NCBI RefSeq assembly: GCF_963921235.1
Contig: NC_086097.1
Location: 1,364,001 to 1,428,000, forward strand
Direction of reading: 5' to 3'
Length of the DNA: 64,000 nucleotides
From: Mobula hypostoma
Taxonomy: Eukaryota
Positions 28,516-38,622 of the stretch are shown piece after piece; the stretch's first letter is position 1, and the number at the start of each line of letters is the position of its first letter. The notes below the pieces were generated by a model. That model did no database searches and was not told the DNA's origin. It saw only the letters and a program-made list of their open reading frames with translations. The position numbers were made by a program, and so were the translations under genes.

Positions 28516-28743
28516 ATGTAGAAGAGAAAAAATAAATAATAAGTAAATCAATTTATAGTATACATACAGTATAATGAATTGATTAAAACTCATGTAAGAA
28601 CAGAAATAATATATATTAAAAAAAATGAGGTAGTGTTCAAGGGATCAATGTCCATTTAGGAATGGGATGGCAGAGGGGAAGAAGCTGTTCCTGAATCACT
28701 GAGTGTGTGCCTTCAGGCTTCTACACCTCCTACCTGATGGTAG

Positions 28744-29672
28744 TGTACGGGGTCTTTCTTTTTGTTAGAGTTAAAATGGCGACTTTGTTATGTTAATCTG
28801 GGAATGCGGCTTTGTTGTGTTAAACGTTGAAGAAGTTTGCGCTAGCAGTTTGCTTTACTTTAAAATGAGATAGCAGCATTCTATTAGCCAATGGGTGGTT
28901 ATGTATCGTTTTGTTTCCGGATACCATGCTGTATGATATGACTGTAGCTGGAGTTTTGGCGGGGAGTCGGAGGTGAGACGAGGAGGACGGTGGACGGGGT
29001 GTCGGAGGAGAGACGGGGAGGACGGAGGAGAGACGGGGAGGACTGCGGACAGGGGTTTTTGGGGGGGGGGAGTCGGAGGAGAGACGGGGAGGACGGTGGA
29101 CGGGGTTTTTGACGGGGAGTCGGAGAAGAGACGGGGAGGACGGAGGAGAGACGGGGAGTCAGGGGAGAGACGGGGAGTCGGAGGAGAGACGGGGAGGACG
29201 GTGGACGGGGTTTTTGACGGGGAGTCGGAGGAGAGACGGGGAGGATGGAGGAGAGATGGGGAGGACGGTGGATGGGGTTTTTGGTGGGGAGTCGGAGGAG
29301 AGACGGGGAGGACGGTGGACGTGCGGAGAGGCTCGGGTCGATCACTCCGGGTGGTCCCGAGCCCTGAGTCGACAGGATCCAGGTGGTCGCCTGGAATCAA
29401 TTGAGCTCCAACGGTTGCGCACGAAGAACTTGGACTTTGATAAGTGTTGGCGCCTTTTTTTCATTACTTTCCTCTCTGTATCAAATCCATATTAATGTCA
29501 TAGAATTAGTAATATCTATAAAGTGTATTTGTTAAAATTTACTGGGTGTGCTGGCTGATGATTGATGTTTGGGATTGATTCGGGCTGCGACTGACCCTGA
29601 GGGGAGCGTTGAAGCAGGTGCTGGGCAGGATTTCCCCTAGACATACACGAGCCAATATAACAGAACGTTACA
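28744..29672. mobile_element. Solo LTR (929 bp)
   Basis: TG...CA ends (tgtacg...cgttaca) and a 4-bp TSD gtag/gtaa. Removing it restores the Rex1 sequence cctgatggtaacagtgagaaaagggc. Confidence 0.8.
28960..29321. repeat. G-rich modular tandem repeat inside the solo LTR
   Basis: Shuffled modules ggggagtcggaggagagac, ggggaggacggtggac and ggggtttttgac. Confidence 0.95.
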
Positions 29673-30154
29673 GTAACAGTGAGAAAAGGGCATGCCCTGG
29701 GTGCTGGGGATCCTTAATAATGGACGCTGCCTTTCTGAAACACCGCTCCTTAGTATCTTGTATGCTGGTACCCAAGATGGAGCCGAAAAATTTACGTCCC
29801 TCTGCAGCTTCTTCTGGTCCTGTGCAGTAGCCCCTCCATACCAGACAGTGATACAGCCTGTCAGAATGTACTCCTCAGTACAACTATAGAAGTTTTTGAG
29901 TGTATTTGTTGACATACCAAATCTCTTCAAACTCCTAATAAAGTATAGTCACTGTCTTGCCTGTTTTGTAGCTGCATTGATATGTTGGAACCAGGTTAGG
30001 TCGTTAGCGATCTTGACACCCAGGAACTGTTCACTCTCTCCTCTTCTGATCCCTCTGTGAGGATTGGTATGTGTTCCTTCGTCTTACCCTTCTTGAAGTC
30101 CACAATCAGCTCTTTCGTTTTACTGACGTTGAGTGCCAGGTTGTTGCTGTGACA

Positions 30155-31015
30155 TGTTACGAGAATACACATAAAATTAAGATGTTTGCTGGCCTGGGCT
30201 AGCATCAGTGGCATCAGCAGTTGGTCTGCCACCTGCCCTCAGGGGAAGGAGAGATAAGGAACAATGGAGCAGCGTCTGGAGATGTGTAATGAAGGGATGT
30301 GGGAGAGAGAGCTGTCTGGAGCGGCTCCCCCCTTTGAACCCTGAACTGTTTGAAGTGATGGACAGGCGATACCCCAGCAGGGGGATAAAAAGGGACAGGT
30401 TCGCTAAGACAGGGACACATGCCACCCGAGGTAACGAGACCCTGGAAGCGGTGCGCCTCTCACGAGTGGATGAGAAGTACCAGACAACGACAAGGGTGGA
30501 AAGGTACGATCAGCGGGAACCCGGTGTGTGTCCGCCCTTGCCTGGGTGCCGGGTTCACTGCAGAGGATCGACCGCATCTGGAGGAGGGGTCACAGTCGGT
30601 GACCTCAGGTGACATCACCAAGGACCCGCCCAAAAGTTGCTCGTGAGCAATCTCGCTGGTCCGTGAGTGAAGCTGTGCTGAATGATGAGTTGTTCCTGTT
30701 CTCTCTGTCTCTCTTCCCCCACCTTGTCCATCGCCATGGCAACGATTACTGCGAACTGAACTACTAACTGGACTGAACTTTGAGTCATTTTGAAATTGGT
30801 CATTTACCTCTAGACAACGATAGAGCTTGATTGATGCTGTTATCTTAATTCTGTGCACATGTGTGGTTATCATTGTTGAATTGTTGCATTTATTATCCTT
30901 TCGATTACTGTGTTGCTTGTTTCTTTAATAAAACTTTCTTAGTTCTAGTACTCCAGACTCCAACTGAGTGATCCATTTCTGCTGGTTTGGCAACCCAGTT
31001 ACGGGGTACGTAACA
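30155..31015 (+). repeat. 5' LTR
   Basis: Direct repeat of 34218-35078. AATAAA at 30927-30932. Confidence 0.96.
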
Positions 31016-31019
31016 TAAG

Positions 31020-31038
31020 TGGGGTTCTCGTCCGCGAT
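31020..31038 (+). promoter_or_regulatory. Primer-binding site, tRNA-Pro-like (imperfect)
   Basis: tggggttctcgtccgcgat, 4 nt after the LTR, versus canonical TGGGGGCTCGTCCGGGAT. Confidence 0.75.
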
Positions 31039-31114
31039 TTTGAACGCTAAATTTGGGACGGAGTAAATTGATTGGGTTAAAATTCCCGAAAGAAAGAAAA
31101 GACAAACAGCAGAA

Positions 31115-33853
31115 ATGGAGGTTGAGGAATTTATAAAGGCGCCGACCTTGGAGGCATTAGAGGATGCCAGGAAATCGGAATTGATAGCCGTGGCCAAACG
31201 GTTGAATCTTGCTAAGGTGAAGTCGACAATGAGGAGAGAGGAGATACACAGAGCTATTGTAGAGCACTATGTATCTAAAGGTGTGTTTCCCCAAGGTGAG
31301 CTGGGGGTGGTGTCTGTTGAAAAACCTGCTGGAGACGCAGTACAGGTACAGCTTGAAAAACTGAGACTCGAGCACGAGTTCCGGGTACGGCAGTTAGAAC
31401 ACGAAGAGAAGCAGTTAGAAAGGCAGGAGAGAGAGTTAGAAAGGCGGGAGAGAGAGAAAGAGTTAGAAAGGCGGGAGAGAGAGAAAGAGTTAGAAAGGCG
31501 GGAGAGAGAGAAAGAGGTAGAAAGGCAAGAGAGAGAAAGACAGTTGGAGAGAGAAGAGAGAGAGAGGGACAGACAGTTGGAGAGAGAGGAGAAACAGAGG
31601 GAAAGGGAATTTGAGCTGGAGAAGTTAAAGATAAGGGCCGAGCAGGGGCTCGTGCCGAACCAAGGTAGAGGGTTCCGGGCGACCCAGGAGGTAAGGCTGG
31701 TTCCCCCTTTTGACGATACCGACGTGGATCGGTACTTTCTCCACTTCGAAAAGGTGGGAAGTCAGGAATGGCCGAGGGATAAGTGGGTTGTTTTACTTCA
31801 GAGTGTACTGAAAGGGAAGGCCCAAGAAGCTTACTCCGCTTTATCCGCGGAAGATGCCCAGAAGTATGAGGTGGTGAAGGAGGCCATCCTCAGGATTTAT
31901 GAGTTGGTCCCGGAGGCATACCGGCAGAGGTTCCGGAATGCGAGGAAGCAGTGGGACCGCACGTATTTGGAGTTTGCTCGTGAGATGCAAACATATTGTG
32001 AGCGTTGGTGCACCTCGAAAGGGGTAGAGGGGGATTATGACAGACTGCTGCAGCTGATTCTGATTGAGCAGTTTAAAGGTTGTGTCCCTGAGGGTATGAG
32101 ACCCTACCTCGATGAGAAAGAGGCAGCCACGTTAGCCGCAACTGCTAAGTTAGCGGATGAGTATGCGTTGACGCATAAAATGAAGTTTGCCCCGAGTAAA
32201 GGCTACCAGAAGGGTAGTCAGGACGGCGGGGAGAGTCCGCCGGAAAAGTCAGAAAGTAAGCCGGGGACTAGTGAAAAGGATAAGGTAGACCGGGAGCAGT
32301 CTGGTAGGAAGTCTCCTGGGGTCGTCTGTTATAATTGTGGGAAAGTCGGACACTTTGCGTCCAGGTGCTTTGCCCCAAGAAAGGAGACGGGGAAAGGAAA
32401 AGCGGAAATTTTGAATGGCTGTATCGAGCTGTTAAGCGAACCGCTAGGGAAGGACAGGTCTGAAAAAGTCCAGGAAGGGCGCGAGAGGTTTATCTCGGCC
32501 GGACTGGTGTCAGTGAAGGAGAGGTTAAAACCAGTTCCAGTGCGGATCTGGAGAGACACGGGAGCGTGTCAGTCACTAATACTGAAGAGTGTATTAGAGT
32601 TTAGCTCAGAGACCCAGACTGGGGAGGTAGAGGTCAAAGGTGTTGGGGAAGGGACAGAGTCAGTCCCTTTGCACCAGATACACTTACAGAGCAACCTGGT
32701 CTCTGGAGTAGTCACGATCGGGGTGAGGTCCGAATTACCGATGAAAGACGTGGAGGTCTTGCTCGGTAATGGCATCGCCGGAGGAATCGTGTTCCCAGTC
32801 GTGAGATTGACGGGTCAGCCTGCCAGCATGGAGGCCCCGCCCGCGATGGTGAATTTGGCTGAAACATTTCTGCCAACCTTGTATGAGACAGGGTGTAGTG
32901 AGATAAGAGGTAGTGAGGGAGCTGGGACAGACGTAGCAGTAGCCAGGAAAGAATTTGTGCAGACGCAGGAGCGAGACGAGGGGCTGATGGTTTTGGCAGA
33001 GACCGCTCTCTCTGACACAGCCTTGACAAGCTATTGTGCGGAGGAGGAAGTGCTAAGGAAGAAAGGGAAATCAAGTACAGTACCCGCAGATGAGGAATGG
33101 GGGGTGGTGCAAAAGAGTTATGGGGATGAGGTTTTTAACATGGCCCACGAGGTACCCCCCGGTGGACATTTTGCGGTGCTGGAGGAAACAGTTGGTGGAA
33201 TCATGAAAGAGATTTACCGGCTGCCCAGGGGGAAAAATGTTATTGATCATGACCGACGCGAACTGAGACGGTCACCGGCTTTTGATATGCTAACAAACCT
33301 AGTCGGTGTTAGCGTGGAAATCAATGAAGCTAGGGGCCCCCTGATAAGAGAAAAAAACCATTTTGAAAAGATTAGGATGGGATCGGTCAGATGGGAGAAG
33401 GCTATTGTTTTGGCCAGGTCTACTGATAAGGTCTCTCCCTTAATCCCCGAACAAAGCGAATCTTTAGAAGGAGTAATTAAACGACTCGCACCTATGTGTT
33501 TGATTGTCCCGAGGAAATGCAAAGAACTGGGACGTTGGGTGATTGTGGTTACAATAGGGCAGCCAAGTAAACAACACCCATATTTTTCGGGTAATTCAGT
33601 GACTAAAGGGCTGATGAACACAGAGGTGTGTATTGGCAATTTAACACGGCTGTCTGAAGCCAGTTTGATAGTGAACCTTGAAAAAAATGAATTCGGCCAC
33701 ACGAGGGTCACTTACCTGGGAATTGTGGTGACACAGGGGCAGCTGCCAGTGATGCAAGCTACAGTGCAGGCTATCGCTGACCTCCCAACCCCGACAGACA
33801 AGAGGGCCCTCAGAAGGCTTTTGGAGATGGTGGGGTACTGCAGGAAGTTTTGA
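31115..33853 (+). CDS. Gag-protease polyprotein with vestigial integrase/RT (912 aa)
   Basis: Coiled coil (ELERREREK)n, SCAN-related capsid (PEAYRQRFR...LILIEQF...LADEY), CCHC knuckle CYNCGKVGHFASRC, protease RDTGA, IN remnant AHEVPPGGH, RT remnants KQHPY and VTYLG...GYCRKF. Confidence 0.92.
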   Translation: MEVEEFIKAPTLEALEDARKSELIAVAKRLNLAKVKSTMRREEIHRAIVEHYVSKGVFPQGELGVVSVEKPAGDAVQVQLEKLRLEHEFRVRQLEHEEKQLERQERELERREREKELERREREKELERREREKEVERQERERQLEREERERDRQLEREEKQREREFELEKLKIRAEQGLVPNQGRGFRATQEVRLVPPFDDTDVDRYFLHFEKVGSQEWPRDKWVVLLQSVLKGKAQEAYSALSAEDAQKYEVVKEAILRIYELVPEAYRQRFRNARKQWDRTYLEFAREMQTYCERWCTSKGVEGDYDRLLQLILIEQFKGCVPEGMRPYLDEKEAATLAATAKLADEYALTHKMKFAPSKGYQKGSQDGGESPPEKSESKPGTSEKDKVDREQSGRKSPGVVCYNCGKVGHFASRCFAPRKETGKGKAEILNGCIELLSEPLGKDRSEKVQEGRERFISAGLVSVKERLKPVPVRIWRDTGACQSLILKSVLEFSSETQTGEVEVKGVGEGTESVPLHQIHLQSNLVSGVVTIGVRSELPMKDVEVLLGNGIAGGIVFPVVRLTGQPASMEAPPAMVNLAETFLPTLYETGCSEIRGSEGAGTDVAVARKEFVQTQERDEGLMVLAETALSDTALTSYCAEEEVLRKKGKSSTVPADEEWGVVQKSYGDEVFNMAHEVPPGGHFAVLEETVGGIMKEIYRLPRGKNVIDHDRRELRRSPAFDMLTNLVGVSVEINEARGPLIREKNHFEKIRMGSVRWEKAIVLARSTDKVSPLIPEQSESLEGVIKRLAPMCLIVPRKCKELGRWVIVVTIGQPSKQHPYFSGNSVTKGLMNTEVCIGNLTRLSEASLIVNLEKNEFGHTRVTYLGIVVTQGQLPVMQATVQAIADLPTPTDKRALRRLLEMVGYCRKF

Positions 33854-34205
33854 AATAACTCTGCGGTCAATACCCGTCCCCCTCCTACTAAGCCCTTGCG
33901 AGAGAAAACTGAGTCGGAATGGGACAACCCTTGTTATTGTGGTCCGGGACAAAACCAAATGAGAGGTTACATTGGTCGCAATTCATCAGTGTTTTTGGCC
34001 ACTATGAAGTTTGCTGAGTTGGAGCCTGGTCTAAGGGATTATTAATAACACGTGTAAAAGGAACAGAAAATGTGATGACTGTCTGTCAAGGTGTTGACAG
34101 CTTCAAATTCTCTGTATTAGCTAAATAACTGTTAAAGATGTATATTGTGTATGTATCAGATAATGTAGTCATGTTTGTAATTTTTACCTCCCGGTAAAAA
34201 TCCTT

Positions 34206-34217
34206 AAAGGGGGAAAG
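34206..34217 (+). promoter_or_regulatory. Polypurine tract
   Basis: aaagggggaaag directly before the 3' LTR. Confidence 0.85.
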
Positions 34218-35078
34218 TGTTACGAGAATACACATAAAATTAAGATGTTTGCTGGCCTGGGCTAGCATCAGTGGCATCAGCAGTTGGTCTGCCACCTGCC
34301 CTCAGGGGAAGGAGAGATAAGGAACAATGGAGCAGCGTCTGGAGATGTGTAATGAAGGGATGTGGGAGAGAGAGCTGTCTGGAGCGGCTCCCCCCTTTGA
34401 ACCCTGAACTGTTTGAAGTGATGGACAGGCGATACCCCAGCAGGGGGATAAAAAGGGACAGGTTCGCTAAGACAGGGACACACGCCACCCGAGGTAACGA
34501 GACCCTGGAAGCGGTGCGCCTCTCACGAGTGGATGAGAAGTACCAGACAACGACAAGGGTGGAAAGGTACGATCAGCGGGAACCCGGTGTGTGTCCGCCC
34601 TTGCCTGGGTGCCGGGTTCACTGCAGAGGATCGACCGCATCTGGAGGAGGGGTCACAGTCGGTGACCTCAGGTGACATCACCAAGGACCCGCCCAAAAGT
34701 TGCTCGTGAGCAATCTCGCTGGTCTGTGAGTGAAGCTGTGCTGAATGATGAGTTGTTCCTGTTCTCTCTGTCTCTCTTCCCCCACCTTGTCCATCGCCAT
34801 GGCAACGATTACTGCGAACTGAACTACTAACTGGACTGAACTTTGAGTCATTTTGAAATTGGTCATTTACCCCTAGACAACGATAGAGCTTGATTGATGC
34901 TGTTATCTTAATTCTGTGCACATGTGTGGTTATCATTGTTGAATTGTTGCATTTATTATCCTTTCGATTACTGTGTTGCTTGTTTCTTTAATAAAACTTT
35001 CTTAGTTCTAATACTCCAGACTCCAACTGAGTGATCCATTTCTGCTGGTTTGGCAACCCAGTTACGGGGTACGTAACA
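34218..35078 (+). repeat. 3' LTR
   Basis: Four transitions relative to the 5' LTR seen by eye. Confidence 0.96.
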
Positions 35079-35442
35079 GACACCACTCCACTAGTTGGCA
35101 TATCTCACTCCTGTACGCCCTCTTCTCACCACCTGAGATTCTACCAACAATGGTTGTATCATCAGCAAATATATAGATGGTATTTGAGTTATGCCTAGCC
35201 ACACAGTCATGTGTATAGAGAGAGTAGAGCAGTGGGCTAAGCACACACCCCTGAGGTGCGCCAGTGTTGATCATCAGCGAGGAGGATATGTTGTCACCAA
35301 CCCACACAGATTGTGGTCTTCCGGTTAGGAAGTCAAGGATCCAATTACAGAGGCCCAGGTTCTGTAACTTCTCAATCAATTTGTGGGAATGATTTATATT
35401 AAATGCTGAGCTATAGTTGATGAGCAGCATCCTGACACAGGT

Positions 35443-35631
35443 AAACACAAGGAATTCTGCAGATGCTGGAAATTCAAGCAACACACATCAAATTTGCTGG
35501 TGAGCGCAGCAGACCAGGCAGCATCTCTAGGAAGAGGTACAGTCGACGTTTCGGGCCAACGTTTTGACAAAGGGTCTCGGCCCGAAACGTCGACTGTACT
35601 TCTTCCTAGAGATGCTTCCTGGCCCACTGCG
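35443..35631. mobile_element. Fold-back Penelope-like terminal repeat
   Basis: Inverted arms of about 53 bp meeting within the hammerhead motif. Flanked by duplicated tcctgacaca(g/a)gt. Confidence 0.75.
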
Positions 35632-35679
35632 TCCTGACACAAGTGTTTGTATTACTCAGGTTGTGGAAGGCTGTGTGAT

Positions 35680-36370
35680 CTCGGGATTTCTACCCATGCT
35701 ACGTGCTAATGAGGCCAAAACTAGGAAGATTGTATAGTTTAATATGTGACTAAGGAGATGGTGTAGGAGGGAGGGCATAAGATTTTGGGATCATTTGCTC
35801 TCTTCCAGGGAAGATCGGACCTGTACAGAAGGGACAGTTTGCACTTGAACTGGTGGAGGTCTAATATCCTAGTGGAAGGTTTGTTAATGCTGCATGGTGG
35901 GGTTTAAACTAGAGTTGCAGGGGGCTGGGAACCAGAGTGCCAGAACAGTTAGAGGAGAGGTTGTGGAGACAGATGTTGGTAAGATCTCAGACAAAGTTAG
36001 GAATCAAAAGTTTGAGAATGGTGCGACTAGTGTCCTCAGCTGCCTATATTTCAATGTGAGAGGTATCGTAGGAAAGGCAGATGATAGTGCTGAAGATGAA
36101 CTATCTGGTTTACAAATAGACACAATGTGTAGTGGAGAAAGGCTGTTGATGGGGCAAAGTTGCAGTTAACAGGATCAGTTGCAACATAAATGCAGACAAA
36201 ATCGAAAAGGGTGAATACAAGACCGAAGCTGTTGTATTTGAATGTGCACAGTCTACGGAATAAAGCAGATGAACATTTACCACATTTACAGATTGGCAGG
36301 TATAATGTTGTAAGCATGATGGAATCATGGCTGAAAGATTATAGCTGAGAGCTTAATATCCAAGGCCACA
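35680..36370 (+). mobile_element. CR1 fragments (ORF1 end and endonuclease start)
   Basis: CLYFNVRGIVGKAD and LYLNVHSLRNKADE motifs. Confidence 0.7.
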
Positions 36371-37256
36371 GGTAGTCTTTATGTATACAGGTGTCCCCCA
36401 CTTTACAAACATTCGCTTTACGCCACTTCACATGAAAGACTTACATTAGTACCTGTTTTCGCTAACCGAAGGTTTTTGCTTTTATGAAAAAAAGGCAGCG
36501 CGCGCCCCGAGCTGCACGGCCAAGCTCCTCCCCCGGGAACTGCTCTCAGCAGCAAGCCGCCATAGCTTCAACACGTGTCTGTGAGCATCTGCTTTACAGT
36601 ACAGTATCTCGATTTATTTTGTGCATCCGTTAGCAAGATGAGTTCTAACGTATCGGAAAAGCCTAAGAGAGCTCGTAAGGGTGTTATGCTTAGCGTAAAA
36701 ATGGACGTAATTAAACGTTTTGTTCGTCCAAGTAAGGACATTATGCGTGCGTTGAACTTGCCTGCGTCCACCATTCGCACTACTTACAGGCAAAGAGAAA
36801 GAATCTTGAAAGCTGCCGATGTTACTATTGGTTCTGCTAATAGCAAAGTGGTCTCTTTTAGTCAGCATCCAGTAATGGATAAAATGGAAAGTGTACTGCT
36901 TGAGTGGATTGATGGGTGTACAAAGCGTGGTGTTCCATTAAGTTATCTTATACAAAGAGAAGTCAGTCAGTACTTTTAATAAGTTGAAACAGAAAACACT
37001 GGACGATGGTGATGAAAGTGTTGTGAAAGTGGAATTTAAAGGTAGTCACTGGTGGTTTGATCGGTTTCTGAGGTGAGGGCAGCTTCATAGTTTAACGTTT
37101 GCTGGAGAGAGTGCTTCGACTGATACTGAAGCTGCCAAAAAGTTCCCAGCAGAACTGAAGAAAATAATTACAGAAGATAGTTGTTCCTATAAGCAAGTGT
37201 TTAACTGTGACGAAACTGCAATTTATTGGAAAAAATTGCCGAACAAGACATTTACT

Positions 37257-37778
37257 TCGATAGGCTTCCTCCTACCATATTTCATTGGTTTTCACAAACT
37301 ATGTTGTGTTTAAATTTGGAAAAAATTAGAACTGTTATTTATGACCCTTCCATTAAATTCGAAAAGACTTGTAGGTCATTTACTCAGCATTTTCATATGA
37401 TGTAATTTGACCATTTCCAAACTTATTTTACTTCTCTGTAATGTTGGTTGAGAGGAACGGAGTCGTCGACAACTAAGGTTTTCTTTTCTCCCATTTTTAC
37501 GATGTTAAAACAGCCCAGGTCTTTTTTTTTTTTAGTTTAGTTGATTAATTCTGTTTAGATTAGTTTTTTTTGGGGGGGGGTGGTTATTATTTTTTTTTCC
37601 TTTTTCATGATTTTTGTTTAGATATTTTTCTTTGTTCTATATTATTCATTGGTATCCTATATGATTGGGAGTTTTATCATTTAAATATTATTTGGCTTTA
37701 TAATCGCTCATGTTAATTATAACAATGTATTCCCAATAACTTTGTACTACTACTATGTCATGTTTATATCCTTATGAA
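37257..37778 (+). mobile_element. L1/Tx1-like LINE 3' end inserted in the Tigger transposase
   Basis: PPTIFHWFSQTMLCLNLEKIR...KFEKT C-terminus and a T-rich 3'UTR. It interrupts KLPNKTF|TKEKQAKGHK. Confidence 0.65.
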
Positions 37779-38622
37779 ACTAAAGAAAAGCAGGCTAAGG
37801 GACACAAGGCATTGAAGGAGAGGTTTACCCTAATGCCTATTATTAACACCACTGGTGATGCTGTCCTTAAGCCTCTACTAGTGTACCATTCAGAAGGCAT
37901 TGATAAGAATACACTTCCTGTGGTGTTCCGTTCACATCCAAGCAGTTGGAATACCCAAAGGATTTCTTCTGAGTACATGAGTGAGTACGTTAGTCCTTTT
38001 GTTGAAAAATACTGTAGAGAAAATAACCTGGATAATAGGTGTCTCGTGATTGTTGATAATTATGCTGCTCATCCGCCTGCCATTACCGAGTATGGCGGTA
38101 ACATTCGTGTTGCGTTCTTACCGCCGAATACGACATCGTTGCTGTAGCCGTGTGACCAAGGCCTAATAGCCACAATTAAGGCTTACTATATGCAAAATGT
38201 GACGCATTTTATTGTAATTGCCATTGACGGAGAGGGCAACTCCAAAGTGTCTTTGCGAGAGATCTGGAAAGAATACAATATAAAATTGGCAATTCCCAAC
38301 ATTGGAGATGCTCTCAACAGGCTAACAGTCTCGACGAGAAATGGCGTTTGGAGGAAAATGTGTCCCGAAGCAGTGAACGATTTTAAAGGCTTCGAACCAA
38401 CAACAATAAATACGGCAATAGTGACTTTGGCTAAGGAGGCTGGGTTTCTGGAAGTTGGCAAAGATGATGTTGAAAAGGGTTTGGCATCCCATGATCAAGA
38501 ACTGACAGATGAAGAGCTGATGCAATTGCAAGAAGAAAGGATACGAATTGAAACCGAATGCAGTAGCGAATGGCCTGAAAGTGAAGTTGTCCAGGAACTG
38601 AACCATATAATATAACCATATA

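Larger units (their letters stand above)
30155..35078 (+). mobile_element. Gypsy LTR retrotransposon, Gmr1-like (PR-IN-RT order), pol-deleted
   Basis: Two 861-bp LTRs (tgttacg...cgtaaca), TSD gaca (30151-30154, 35079-35082), PBS, PPT and one 912-aa ORF. Confidence 0.95.
25426..35680 (-). mobile_element. Rex1/Babar LINE hosting four nested insertions
   Basis: Tail at 25426-25450. RT pieces at 28650-28743, 29673-30154 and 35079-35442 ([25 protein letters not shown]) rejoin across the insertions. Same family as 41693-43372. Confidence 0.85.

Noticed and set aside
28960..29321. Repeat array superficially like a CRISPR array
   Set aside because: No unique spacers, no cas genes, and a eukaryotic context.
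28855..29495. Several 128-181-aa Pro/Ser- or Gly/Arg-rich ORFs
   Set aside because: By-products of a stop-free tandem repeat inside a solo LTR.
30177..30873. ORFs duplicated at 34240-34936
   Set aside because: They lie in the LTRs, are duplicated only because the LTRs are, and show no recognisable domain.
33854..34217. Possible env or extra ORF before the 3' LTR
   Set aside because: Too short; contains only RT-connection and RNase H scraps.
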